The translations under genes were made by a program, and so were the position numbers. Positions 29,703 through 38,635 of a DNA stretch of 64,000 bases are shown here, piece by piece. The number at the start of each line of letters is the position of its first letter. Position 1 is the stretch's first letter. Source of the stretch: an uncultured Solirubrobacterales bacterium (GTDB lineage: Bacteria > Actinomycetota > Thermoleophilia > Solirubrobacterales > JACPNS01); the NCBI GenBank assembly GCA_937128795.1, contig CAKZMQ010000021.1, positions 30,577-94,576 on the forward strand. Direction: 5' to 3'. The notes under the pieces were generated by a model. The model saw only the letters and a list, made by a program, of their open reading frames with translations, was not told where the DNA came from and did no database searches.

Positions 29703-30482
29703 TCAGCCGCCGGCAAAGGTGTCCAGGTACCAGTCGATCACGTCTTCACCAAAAAACAGCGCAAACACGCCACCAGCAGCCATGAACGGCGCAAACGGGA
29801 CCTTGGTTTTACGACCCTCAGCAACGCCCTTGCTCGCCATGACCGCCAGTCCAAAGATCGTTCCAGTAAGGAAGGCGAACAGCAGCGCGGGAGCCACCGC
29901 TCGACCCAAGTACAGACCCATGATTCCGGCCAGCTTCACGTCTCCCATGCCCATACCGCGCGGATATGCCAACGCGATGATCAGCATCACCGCAAAGGCG
30001 ATCGTCGCGGATAGCGCCCAGGTGAGCCAGTCGTCGGGGTAGGCAAGCGCCTGCGCGACGACACCGAACAGCAGCGAGACGAACAGCACGGCGTTCGGCA
30101 CGACTCGCATGTCGATGTCGCTGTTGGCGACGACAACGAGCGTCGACGCGAACAACAGTGCGGGAAGCAGCTCGACGCTCCAGCCGAACTTCAATCCAAT
30201 CGCGCCGAATAGCAGTGCGGTGATCGCCTCAAACACTGGATACTTCCACGAAATCGAGGCGTCGCAGTAGCGACATCGTCCGCGTAGCAACAGCCAGCCG
30301 AGAACGGGAATGTTGTCGCGGGCATGGAGCTGCGCTTGGCAACTCGGACAGTACGATCGCGCGGGACTCCACGGCGTCTCGCCGCGTGGGACTCGATACG
30401 CGACGACGTTGAGAAAGCTACCTACCGGGAGGCCGAGAACGAAAAGCAGAATTGCTGTGAGCAGTGTGTCTTCGGAGTTCAT
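29703..30482 (-). CDS. pilD: Prepilin peptidase / N-methyltransferase (A24 family)
   Basis: SFLNVVAYRVP...CPSCQAQLHARDNIPVLGWLLLRGRCRYCDASISWKYP carries the Cys-x-x-Cys pairs. The active-site Asp motifs are in context (VVANSDIDMR and GMGMGDVKLAG). Confidence 0.92.
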   Translation of the reverse strand: MNSEDTLLTAILLFVLGLPVGSFLNVVAYRVPRGETPWSPARSYCPSCQAQLHARDNIPVLGWLLLRGRCRYCDASISWKYPVFEAITALLFGAIGLKFGWSVELLPALLFASTLVVVANSDIDMRVVPNAVLFVSLLFGVVAQALAYPDDWLTWALSATIAFAVMLIIALAYPRGMGMGDVKLAGIMGLYLGRAVAPALLFAFLTGTIFGLAVMASKGVAEGRKTKVPFAPFMAAGGVFALFFGEDVIDWYLDTFAGG

Positions 30483-30577
30483 CGTTCGTCAAAGTACGGC
30501 GGCGCGCAAAAGTCGGGTCGATACCGCACTCACGCGATTCGCGAGGTCGCTTCACAACCCTTCCAGACGACGCCTGG

Positions 30578-30621
30578 TTAAAAAAAGAAATCCGGGTGGG
30601 CCGTTGGGCCCACCCGGATTC
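30578..30621 (-). terminator. Strong intrinsic terminator immediately downstream of pilA
   Basis: The minus strand reads AATCCGGGTGGGCC-caac-GGCCCACCCGGATT, a 14-bp GC-rich stem, followed by tctttttttaa. It lies 28 nt after the pilA stop. Confidence 0.85.
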
Positions 30622-30648
30622 GAATACTGCTGCTGTGAGTCGCGCGAC

Positions 30649-31143
30649 CTACCAGGTGTTTCCAGCCTGGCAACCACCGTATGGCAGTGTGTTGCCTGCC
30701 GGGACGGTGCAGCTTCGAGTGATCGTGCCGCCGGCTGCTTCGCCAATCGAGAACACGTTTCCACTTGCGGACGCCGCAGATACACAGAACGTGTTGGTGC
30801 CCGGCGATGTTGCGCCGTCACAAGCGTTCGTTGCGATTGCGTTACCGACGGTCACTGCGGAACCCGTGCCGCACTGTCCGGCCTGGATCGAGTTCTCGAT
30901 GTTGGTCAGCGTGGCAAGGGTGGTACCTGTGTAGCTGCCATTGTCGATCTGAGCCGTCTTCATGGCCGTCTGCATCTGCTTGGCCATTGACTTTGCGCAG
31001 GCGTCCTGGCCCCTGGTGCGCTGGCTGAGGAACGATGGGATTGCGATCGCGGCGAGAATGCCGATGATCAGAATCACAACGAGGAGCTCGATGAGGGTGA
31101 AGCCCTCTTCGCTCTCCATGCGATTACGTAGTTTGCTGAACAT
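30649..31143 (-). CDS. pilA: Type IVa major pilin
   Basis: MFSKLRNRMESEEG|FTLIELLVVILIIGILAAIAIPSFL is a canonical prepilin leader, cleavage site and N-terminal helix. The C-terminal globular part has several Cys residues. Lower-GC intergenic regions flank the gene. Confidence 0.93.
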   Translation of the reverse strand: MFSKLRNRMESEEGFTLIELLVVILIIGILAAIAIPSFLSQRTRGQDACAKSMAKQMQTAMKTAQIDNGSYTGTTLATLTNIENSIQAGQCGTGSAVTVGNAIATNACDGATSPGTNTFCVSAASASGNVFSIGEAAGGTITRSCTVPAGNTLPYGGCQAGNTW

Positions 31144-31437
31144 GTGAATTTGCTCCTGTACTTCGAAATGCCTGAAATTCGGAGGGTTCTTGCGTGAAGC
31201 AAATTCGACGCGTTCCCGAAACCCAGGCTGCTGTCCTGTCGGGGTTGGTTATCGAGCAGCGACGCGTATTACTTGACCTAGGTGCTGGACCTTATGGACA
31301 TGTGTACTAGGCCTAGACGTTCGCATGACGACCGAAAAGGGCGCAATCGACCTTCTGGCGCGGGATTGGACGGCTTTATACGGACGCGCTGCGAACGGCA
31401 ACCAGTGCGCCGGTGATCGCAAAATCACGTGCAGTGA

Positions 31438-32652
31438 CTACTGGATCTCGTTGTAAATCTTGAACATCGGCATGTACATCGCGACCACGATGAAACCGAC
31501 GATGCCGCCGACGACGATGATCATCACCGGCTCGAGGATCGAGGTCAAGGCCTTCACCGACGCGTCAACTTCGTCCTCATAGAAGTCGGCGACCTTGCTG
31601 AGCATCTGATCGAGCGCGCCGGTTTCTTCACCGGAGCCGATCATGTGACCGACCATCGCCGGAAAGACTGATGAAGCCCGCAGCGGCGCAGCCACGGTGC
31701 CTCCCGACTCGACTGAGCGCGTGACGTCTTCCATCGCAAGGAAGAGCTCGTTGTTTCCTGCGGTTCTGCCCGCAACCTCGATGCACTGCAGGATCGGCAC
31801 GCCTGCTGCAGTCAGCGAAGCGAACGAGCGGGCCCAGCGGGCGAGCGCGACCTTGTGAATGATGTCGCCGATCTTGAAGGGGATCCGCAGCAGAAACTTG
31901 TGCCACTTGGCCTTGCCGGCCGGCGTCGCCTTCCATTTTTTGAAGCCGAACCAGATCGCCGGCGGTGCGAAGATCAATACGTACCAGTAACTCTTGATCG
32001 CGTTCGACATCGCGACCGTCACCTTCGTAATTACCGGAAGCTCGCCACCGAGGTCGTCGAAAATCTCGGCGAACACCGGCACCAGAAACGTCAGTAGAGC
32101 GATCAGCACTACTAGGGCAAAAATCATGATGATCGCCGGATACATCATCGCCGACTTCACCTGTCTACGCAGGGATTCGTCCTTTTCGAGTTGGGTCGCG
32201 ACGCGTCGTAGCGTCTCTTCGAGGATTCCTCCGGCCTCACCGGCGCGGACCATCGCCACGTAGAGCTCGTTGAAAACTGTTGGGTGACGCTCCAGGGCGT
32301 CTCCGAGCGAGGAGCCGGATTCGATGTCTTCCCGGACCTCGGCGATTTTCTCTTTCAGCAGCTCATCCTCTGTCTGCTCTTCGAGGATGTAGAGCGAGCG
32401 CAGCAGCGACATGCCGGAGTCGACCATCGTCGAGAGCTGCCTGGTGAAGACGACGAGCGACTTGGAGTTGATCTTCTTGAAACGCCCGAAGAGGTCTCCG
32501 ACATCGGTTGTCTTCTGCTCGTCGACCTGTACGACGATCAGACCCTTGCCGCGAAGGTGTTCGGTCACGCCGAGCTTGTTGTCGGCCTCGATCTCTCCTT
32601 CGATCGGTCGTCCGATCGTCGGATCAATTGCCTTGTATGCGTAGGCGCCCAT
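31438..32652 (-). CDS. pilC: Type IV pilus platform protein PilC (GspF family)
   Basis: 404 aa with a duplicated T2SS-F domain (FTRQLSTMVDSGMSLLRSL...; FASLTAAGVPILQCIE...) and three TM segments. Confidence 0.93.
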   Translation of the reverse strand: MGAYAYKAIDPTIGRPIEGEIEADNKLGVTEHLRGKGLIVVQVDEQKTTDVGDLFGRFKKINSKSLVVFTRQLSTMVDSGMSLLRSLYILEEQTEDELLKEKIAEVREDIESGSSLGDALERHPTVFNELYVAMVRAGEAGGILEETLRRVATQLEKDESLRRQVKSAMMYPAIIMIFALVVLIALLTFLVPVFAEIFDDLGGELPVITKVTVAMSNAIKSYWYVLIFAPPAIWFGFKKWKATPAGKAKWHKFLLRIPFKIGDIIHKVALARWARSFASLTAAGVPILQCIEVAGRTAGNNELFLAMEDVTRSVESGGTVAAPLRASSVFPAMVGHMIGSGEETGALDQMLSKVADFYEDEVDASVKALTSILEPVMIIVVGGIVGFIVVAMYMPMFKIYNEIQ

Positions 32653-32665
32653 CGTTCAGCGATTC

Positions 32666-33808
32666 CTACGACGCGACCTGCATGGCACCGTTGCCACTGC
32701 TGCCTGCGTTGCCGTTGGAGGTGGCGACGCCACCGCCATCGAGCAGTCGGCGTAGCTCAGACGGCGCAGAGGAGCGGGACTCCGCCAGCGTCTTGGTGAT
32801 CGCGCCACCGCGAACCAGTTCGGCCAGGGCCGAGTCCATCGTCTGCATTCCGTGCTGCCCACCGGTCTGCAACACGCTGTAGACCTGGTGCGTCTTGCCT
32901 TCACGGATCAGGTTGCGGATCGCCGGGGTCGGTATCAAGATTTCGCAGACGCAGACGCGTCCCGATCCATCGGCGCGCGCCAGGAGCTGCTGCGTGACGA
33001 CGCCCTGCAACGCCATCGAGAGCTGCACGCGGACCTGCTCCTGTTGTTCGGGTGGAAACACGTCGATGATGCGGTCGATTGTTGATGCGGTGTCCTGGGT
33101 GTGCAGCGTGCCGAACACGAGGTGTCCGGTTTCCGCTGCAGTCAGCGCGGTCGAGATCGTTTCGAGATCACGCATTTCTCCGACGAGAATCACGTCAGGG
33201 TCCTGGCGAAGTGCGGCCTTGAGACCGAGCGCAAAACTCTCCGCGTCCGTGCCGATCTCGCGTTGGTTGACGATGCAGTTCTTGTGGCGATGGAGAAACT
33301 CGATCGGATCCTCGATCGTGAGGATGTGGTCGTGGCGCGCTTCGTTGATCTCGTTGATGACGGCGGCGAGCGACGTCGACTTTCCCGAACCGGTTGGGCC
33401 GGTTACGAGAACGAGCCCACGTGGCTTGTCGGCAAACTCATGGAGCACCGGAGGCAGGCCAAGGTCCTCGATCGTCTTGATCTCGCTCGGAATCAGGCGG
33501 AAGGCGGCACTCAGTGCGTTGCGCTGGTAGTAGCAGTTGATACGGAAGCGGGCCATGCGCGGCACCGAGTATGCGAAGTCCAGCTGAAGGTTTTCCTCGA
33601 GCCGCTGGCGTTGATCGTTGGAGAGAATTCCGTAGATGATCGCGCGCGTTTGGTTCGGAGTCAGGGGGTTGTAACCGGCAAGCGGACGCAGCGTGCCCTT
33701 TTCGCGGATCGTCGGCGGGGCGCCAGCCGTAATGTGAAGGTCGGAAGCACCGCGGTTGATCATCTGCGTGATGATGTCCGCGAAATCGATTGCTTGCTCA
33801 TTGCTCAT
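32666..33808 (-). CDS. pilT: Twitching motility retraction ATPase PilT
   Basis: ASDLHITAGAPPTIR, Walker A GPTGSGKST, TIEDPIEF, ALRQDPDVILVGEMRD and GHLVFGTLHT are all present. Length is 380 aa. Confidence 0.93.
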   Translation of the reverse strand: MSNEQAIDFADIITQMINRGASDLHITAGAPPTIREKGTLRPLAGYNPLTPNQTRAIIYGILSNDQRQRLEENLQLDFAYSVPRMARFRINCYYQRNALSAAFRLIPSEIKTIEDLGLPPVLHEFADKPRGLVLVTGPTGSGKSTSLAAVINEINEARHDHILTIEDPIEFLHRHKNCIVNQREIGTDAESFALGLKAALRQDPDVILVGEMRDLETISTALTAAETGHLVFGTLHTQDTASTIDRIIDVFPPEQQEQVRVQLSMALQGVVTQQLLARADGSGRVCVCEILIPTPAIRNLIREGKTHQVYSVLQTGGQHGMQTMDSALAELVRGGAITKTLAESRSSAPSELRRLLDGGGVATSNGNAGSSGNGAMQVAS

Positions 33809-34036
33809 CGCTGGGTTGCCTTGACTTTCGCTGCGTTACTTTGCGGGATTGCTGACTGGTGTGGATCGTGCTTGAGACTGCTGACTTGCGTATATCGGTG
33901 ATTTGCCGGGATCTGGGCGGAGAAACCTGATTTCCGGCGCTGATTGCCGGATCAAGCTCCAGCAAAAGCGTGAACTGCATCTGAACTCTTGTCGGCAGTA
34001 CAACGCGCTCTCCTTAGCTGCAATGCGATAAATCTC

Positions 34037-35929
34037 TCATGTCACGCCGCTTACACGGGAGACTTCCTCGATCGTCGTCTTACCCTCGATGATCTTTGCG
34101 AGGCCCGCCTGACGCAACGTGTCCATCCCCTCGTCAATCGCCTGCTCCTCGATTTCTTGCGCGTTCGCGCGGTCGAGGATCATTGAGCGAATCGTCTCGG
34201 AGATGCCCAGCACCTCGTAGAGACCGACTCGGCCCTTGTATCCGTTTGTGCAACGTGGGCAACCAACTGCCTGCAGCGCCTCGATGTCTTTGTCGGCCTT
34301 GAAACCGCTCTTGCGCAGTTGTTCGGCCGAGACCGTCGACGTCTGGGCACATTGGGTGCAGACTCGCCTGGCAAGTCGCTGGTTCACGACAACTTCGAGC
34401 GCTGTCGCCGTCAGGAACGGCTCGACGCCCATCTCGGTGAGACGCGTGACGGTGGTGGAAGCGTCATTGGTGTGCAGCGTCGAGAGCACGAGGTGACCGG
34501 TGAGCGCCGCCTCGATCGCGATCTGGGCGGTCTCTCCGTCTCGAATTTCACCGACCATGATGATGTCGGGGTCCGAACGCAGCGCGGCTCGAAGGCCTTG
34601 GGCGAACGTCAAACCGGCTTTGTTGTTGACCTGGACCTGAGAAATTCCATTGAGCTGGTATTCAACGGGGTCTTCGATCGTCAAGATCGAACGCTCGATC
34701 GTGTTCAACTGGTTGACGGCAGCGTAGAGCGAGGTGGTTTTACCGGAACCGGTCGGGCCGGTGACGAGTACCGCGCCGTAAGGGCTCATGAAACCGGTGC
34801 GGAAGCGGTCACCGGCCGCACCGCTCATGCCGAGATCGTCGAACGTGAGCTGGGTCGAGGACTTGTCGAGAATACGGATGACGACTTTTTCGCCGAATAC
34901 CGAGGGCATCGTCACGACACGAAGGTCGACGCTGACCTGGCCGACACGCAGCGCCACGCGGCCATCCTGCGGGACTCGCTTCTCGGCGATGTTCATGTCG
35001 GCCATGATCTTCAGTCGGCTGATCATGCCGCTGACCATCTTGCGCGGCACGGTCGTGGCGCGCTGGAGCACGCCGTCGACCCTGAATCTGACGCGCATCT
35101 CCTTGCCCTCGGGTTCGAAGTGGAGGTCGGACGCGCCGACGGTGACCGCTTGGACGAGGATCGAGTTGATCAGCTTGACAACCGGCGCGTCGGTCGCCGA
35201 TTCGCGGACTTCGAGCTGCACGGCCTCGTCGTCGCCCTCGTCGTCGTAGGCCTCGGTCACCGCCTCGTCGAGGTTGGTCAGCTTGGTGAACGCGCCCGCG
35301 AGGTCGTCCGGGGCCGCAACCGCCGGTCGCAGCTCCTTCTTGAGCATCAGCTTGAGGTCGTCGAGCGCAAGCACGTTGGCCGGGTTCGCCATCGCGACGA
35401 GCACCGAACCATCCTCGTACTGACGCACCGGGAGTACTTCGTAAGATCGCGCCTTTTCGGCGGAGATCAGCGCAGCGACCGACATGTCGACTTCGAATTG
35501 CGAGAGATCGATGTAGTTGATGCCGAACTTCTCGGCCGTCGCCCGAGCGAGTTGATCGGTCGAAACGATCGAATCGCCCATCAGCACCTGTTCAGGCGTT
35601 ATCCCCTGCGCCTGAGCCTTGGCGACAGCAGATTCAAGTGCCAGTGCGCCTACGTATCCCAGACGCACGAGCGCGTCAAGCACCGTAGGAGGCGTGCGCC
35701 CTGCTTGCTTGAGCGTGGGCGCGAAGAGGCCCGGAACACCGGTGCCGCCGTCCGCGGGTGCTTGTGGTTGGCGCCCAGCCCCAGCCTGACGTGCAGCGCC
35801 CATGTTCTGGACCTGCCCGGGTTGCTGCTGCTGGGACATCTGCCGCACTTCCGGCGGTTGCTGCGGAGCCTGCGCCGGTTTTTGCTGTGCGGACTGCCCA
35901 ATCCTTGGGATGTTTGGATCGTCAGCCAT
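34037..35929 (-). CDS. pilB: Type IV pilus assembly ATPase PilB (GspE family) with a Gln/Pro-rich N-terminal extension
   Basis: ASDLHFEP, Walker A GPTGSGKTT, TIEDPVEY, ALRSDPDIIMVGEIRD, GHLVLSTLHTND and a C-terminal CxxC...CPRC zinc motif. The first ~60 aa are low complexity (QQKPAQAPQQPPEVRQMSQQQQPGQ). Confidence 0.93.
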   Translation of the reverse strand: MADDPNIPRIGQSAQQKPAQAPQQPPEVRQMSQQQQPGQVQNMGAARQAGAGRQPQAPADGGTGVPGLFAPTLKQAGRTPPTVLDALVRLGYVGALALESAVAKAQAQGITPEQVLMGDSIVSTDQLARATAEKFGINYIDLSQFEVDMSVAALISAEKARSYEVLPVRQYEDGSVLVAMANPANVLALDDLKLMLKKELRPAVAAPDDLAGAFTKLTNLDEAVTEAYDDEGDDEAVQLEVRESATDAPVVKLINSILVQAVTVGASDLHFEPEGKEMRVRFRVDGVLQRATTVPRKMVSGMISRLKIMADMNIAEKRVPQDGRVALRVGQVSVDLRVVTMPSVFGEKVVIRILDKSSTQLTFDDLGMSGAAGDRFRTGFMSPYGAVLVTGPTGSGKTTSLYAAVNQLNTIERSILTIEDPVEYQLNGISQVQVNNKAGLTFAQGLRAALRSDPDIIMVGEIRDGETAQIAIEAALTGHLVLSTLHTNDASTTVTRLTEMGVEPFLTATALEVVVNQRLARRVCTQCAQTSTVSAEQLRKSGFKADKDIEALQAVGCPRCTNGYKGRVGLYEVLGISETIRSMILDRANAQEIEEQAIDEGMDTLRQAGLAKIIEGKTTIEEVSRVSGVT

Positions 35930-36085
35930 GACTTAGTCGCAAGGCTCTGAGCCCTTGCGTCTTCCTGTTTGTTTATTCAGTTCGCGAACTTGAGGGATCG
36001 ACCAAATGGCCAATTTCAACGGAATTATCGGCTCACGCGGCGAAATGCTTGATGGAGCCACGGCCCCATACCGAAAATGCTCCGA

Positions 36086-36928
36086 TCACGAATCGAGTGC
36101 CGCGCGCATCGCTGCCAGCGGCGGCGGGCGATTGAACCAGATCTCGAAACTGAGGGCGGCTTGACGGGCGAGCAGATCCCGGCCATCGACAGTTGGCATC
36201 CCGAGACGGTGGGCGGCATTTCGCAGCTCACTGCCGTCGTCGCGGTAGACGAAGTCGACCACAACCGTCGTCGTGGGAAGCTCATCCAGCCGCAGTCCGA
36301 GCGATTCGAACACCGATTGTTCGCTCGCGGTGGCGTCCATACCGACCGCCGTTGTATTCACCAAAACGCCGTAGCCGACGCCGCCGCCAGTCGAATTCAC
36401 TGACGCGACGCCAAGTTCACGCGCCAAACGCTGCCCGCGTTCGACCGTTCGATTCCAGACTGCAACCTCGGCACCGGCTTCGCGCAGCGCCCAAACGGCA
36501 GCTCGCGCGGTGCCACCGGCGCCGAGCACCAACACGTTTTGTCCTTCGATCCCGGTCGTTTGCTCCAGTTCGGCAACGAGTGCCGGGGCATCGGTGTTGT
36601 CCGCACGAATCGACTCGCCATCGAACGTCAGCGTGTTCGCGGCACCGATCTCGCGTGCGCGTTCCGACACATCGTCGGCGACCCGCAACGCCGCCTCTTT
36701 GTGCGGAATCGTGACGTTGATACCGGAGAATCCGCTTTTCGGTAGCGCACGCACTATCTCGTCGAACAGTTCCGCAGGGATCGGGAGCCGCAGATAGTCC
36801 GCCGCGATGCCCAGTTCGGCGTAGGCCGCCAAATGCATCTGCGGCGAGCGGCTGTGCCCAACCGGATATCCGGCGACGCCATAGCGTGCGGTCAACGTCG
36901 GATCAGCATCCACTCGGTTGCTTTCCAC
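36086..36928 (-). CDS. aroE: Shikimate dehydrogenase
   Basis: YGVAGYPVGHSRSPQMH...GINVTIPHKEAA...ANTL...LVLGAGGTARAAVWAL. The annotated start overlaps the mltG 3' end by 26 nt, so the true start may lie slightly downstream. Confidence 0.92.
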   Translation of the reverse strand: MESNRVDADPTLTARYGVAGYPVGHSRSPQMHLAAYAELGIAADYLRLPIPAELFDEIVRALPKSGFSGINVTIPHKEAALRVADDVSERAREIGAANTLTFDGESIRADNTDAPALVAELEQTTGIEGQNVLVLGAGGTARAAVWALREAGAEVAVWNRTVERGQRLARELGVASVNSTGGGVGYGVLVNTTAVGMDATASEQSVFESLGLRLDELPTTTVVVDFVYRDDGSELRNAAHRLGMPTVDGRDLLARQAALSFEIWFNRPPPLAAMRAALDS

Positions 36929-38219
36929 CTGCCGCTTCGCGAGCCTTGTTGTAGCGCGAGACTGCAGCCTGGAATTCGGCGTCCGTCTTGGCGAAGGTGT
37001 GGGTTCCGGGTTTGCATGGATTCGCCACGTAGTAGAGAAAGTCGGTCGACTTCGGGCGCGCGGCAGCCTTTATCGCCGCCAATCCGGGATTGCCGATCGG
37101 TCCGGGCGGCAGTCCCTTGTTGGTGCGCGTGTTGTACGGCGTGTCGTCCTGCAAGACAGCATTGGTCAGCGGCTCGGTCCAGTTTCGTGTCTCGAAACGC
37201 GTGGTCGCATCTATCCCGAGGGCAATACCGGCCTTCAGGCGGTTGTAGATCACCGACGCAACCGTGCTGCGTTCACTCGGTACGGACACCTCCCGGTCGA
37301 TCAGTGACGCGATGATCAGTACGTCGTATACGGTGAGGTTCTTGCTGCGTGCGAAACGCATGTTCACTGCGCCGATGTTGTTTTTGAATGCTCTCAGTTG
37401 TTGATTGACGAGCTGACTTGCCGAAGCGCCGTCCTCGAATTCGTAGGTCGCGGGAAACAGAAATCCCTCGAGGCTCTGCACATTGGACGGAGCGCCGTAT
37501 CGCCTGGGGTTGAGCGACCTGCTTGATTTGCTCGCTTCCATGTAGTCGCCCGACAGTCCCTGTTCTTTGACCTGCTGCGCGATTTCATAGCGTGACCGAC
37601 CTTCCGTCACGGTGACTGTGACGATTCCGGTGTTCGGTCCGGCTACAAGCAGGTCGATCACGGCGGAGTAGCTCATCCCCTCTGCCATCGAGTATTTGCC
37701 CGCCTGAAACTTGTCGGATTTGCTTGACCAGTTTGCGCGCCAGCCGAAGTTGCGCGCGCTCGACACAACACCCGAGTCGGCGAGCAGCTCGCCGATCTGT
37801 TCGATCTCGGCGCCCTTGGGAACCGTGACCTGAACCTGCCCCTCCCCGCCTCCGTCACCGGCAAACGGTTGGAAAATCGCGATCAGATTCCAAAGCAGAA
37901 ACGCCGCGAGCAGGCCTCCAGCGATGATCAGGGCTCGCTTACCCATCTGGCCATGAGTGACCTTGACTGGCGGCGGTGGTGGATGCTCATGGTGGGCAGC
38001 GTGCTGCTCGGTGTAGTCGTTCACCAGCGCATCAGAGGTGTCGAACTCGCTGGGATCGAACGAAGTCGCGCCGTCGCCCTTCCACGGCGGAGGAAGATTT
38101 GGCTCGGGCGGCGATTCGGGCGGCGGCTCGGGCGGGGCACCGCGGCCACTTTTCGCCATACGTCGTTGTTCGCGCTCGAGTCGAGCTCGTTCGCGTTCTT
38201 CTTCTGATCGACCGTTCAA
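36903..38219 (-). CDS. mltG: Endolytic murein transglycosylase MltG (YceG-like) with an extended basic/Pro-rich N-terminus
   Basis: TM helix plus a YceG domain (LASLIDREVSVPSERSTVASVIYNRLKAGIALGIDATTRF...YNTRTNKGLPPGPIGNPGLAAIKAA). Confidence 0.9.
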   Translation of the reverse strand: MNGRSEEERERARLEREQRRMAKSGRGAPPEPPPESPPEPNLPPPWKGDGATSFDPSEFDTSDALVNDYTEQHAAHHEHPPPPPVKVTHGQMGKRALIIAGGLLAAFLLWNLIAIFQPFAGDGGGEGQVQVTVPKGAEIEQIGELLADSGVVSSARNFGWRANWSSKSDKFQAGKYSMAEGMSYSAVIDLLVAGPNTGIVTVTVTEGRSRYEIAQQVKEQGLSGDYMEASKSSRSLNPRRYGAPSNVQSLEGFLFPATYEFEDGASASQLVNQQLRAFKNNIGAVNMRFARSKNLTVYDVLIIASLIDREVSVPSERSTVASVIYNRLKAGIALGIDATTRFETRNWTEPLTNAVLQDDTPYNTRTNKGLPPGPIGNPGLAAIKAAARPKSTDFLYYVANPCKPGTHTFAKTDAEFQAAVSRYNKAREAAGGKQPSGC

Positions 38220-38632
38220 GATTCGGTTCCGTCCGTTGTCTGGATCTTCTGTGCCAAGTAGTCCTCGAGGAGGTGTGCGGCCGCCAGCGAGTCCTCTTCG
38301 GAGGTCGCCCCCTCGGCGAGGCTTGACTGAGCCATCTGCGTGGTGAATCGCTCGTCGAACAGTTCGACGGGCACGTCGATTCGGCCTTCGAGCCTACCGG
38401 CGAATGACCGTACGGCTGCTGCCTGCGCGCCGGATTCTCCACTCTGAAGCAGCGGAAGGCCGATCAAAACCAGCTCGGCCTCGTGATTTCTGGCGAGGTG
38501 TTCGATTTCCGTCAGGCCTGGGCCGGAATCCGGGCGCAGAACGATCGGCAATGGCGTGACAATCGTGCCGGTCGGGTCGGAAATCGCACAACCGCAGCGG
38601 GCGGCACCGTGATCGAGCGCGAGCACGCGCAT
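38216..38632 (-). CDS. ruvX: Putative pre-16S rRNA nuclease / Holliday junction resolvase-like protein YqgF
   Basis: MRVLALDHGAARCGCAISDPTG...VLIGLPL is the YqgF/RuvX pattern. It is at the conserved position downstream of alaS. Confidence 0.9.
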   Translation of the reverse strand: MRVLALDHGAARCGCAISDPTGTIVTPLPIVLRPDSGPGLTEIEHLARNHEAELVLIGLPLLQSGESGAQAAAVRSFAGRLEGRIDVPVELFDERFTTQMAQSSLAEGATSEEDSLAAAHLLEDYLAQKIQTTDGTES

Positions 38633-38635
38633 GCT

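Noticed and set aside
31144-31437. Search for a sigma-54 (TGGCAC-N5-TTGC) promoter upstream of pilA, as in Proteobacteria
   Set aside because: No acceptable match was seen. The nearest, tggttgccgttcgc, has the wrong spacing and bases. A sigma-54 promoter is also not expected, given the actinobacterial-like gene order.
34319-35950. 543-aa plus-strand ORF covering the pilB locus
   Set aside because: It is antisense to an unmistakable PilB (Walker boxes, GspE motifs). Its own translation has no recognisable domain and shows typical antisense composition.
35980-35989. Palindrome GTTCGCGAAC upstream of pilB, considered as a third LexA box
   Set aside because: The half-sites are in the wrong order and spacing (GTTC-N2-GAAC rather than GAAC-N4-GTTC), so it does not match the operator seen at the two mutasome genes.
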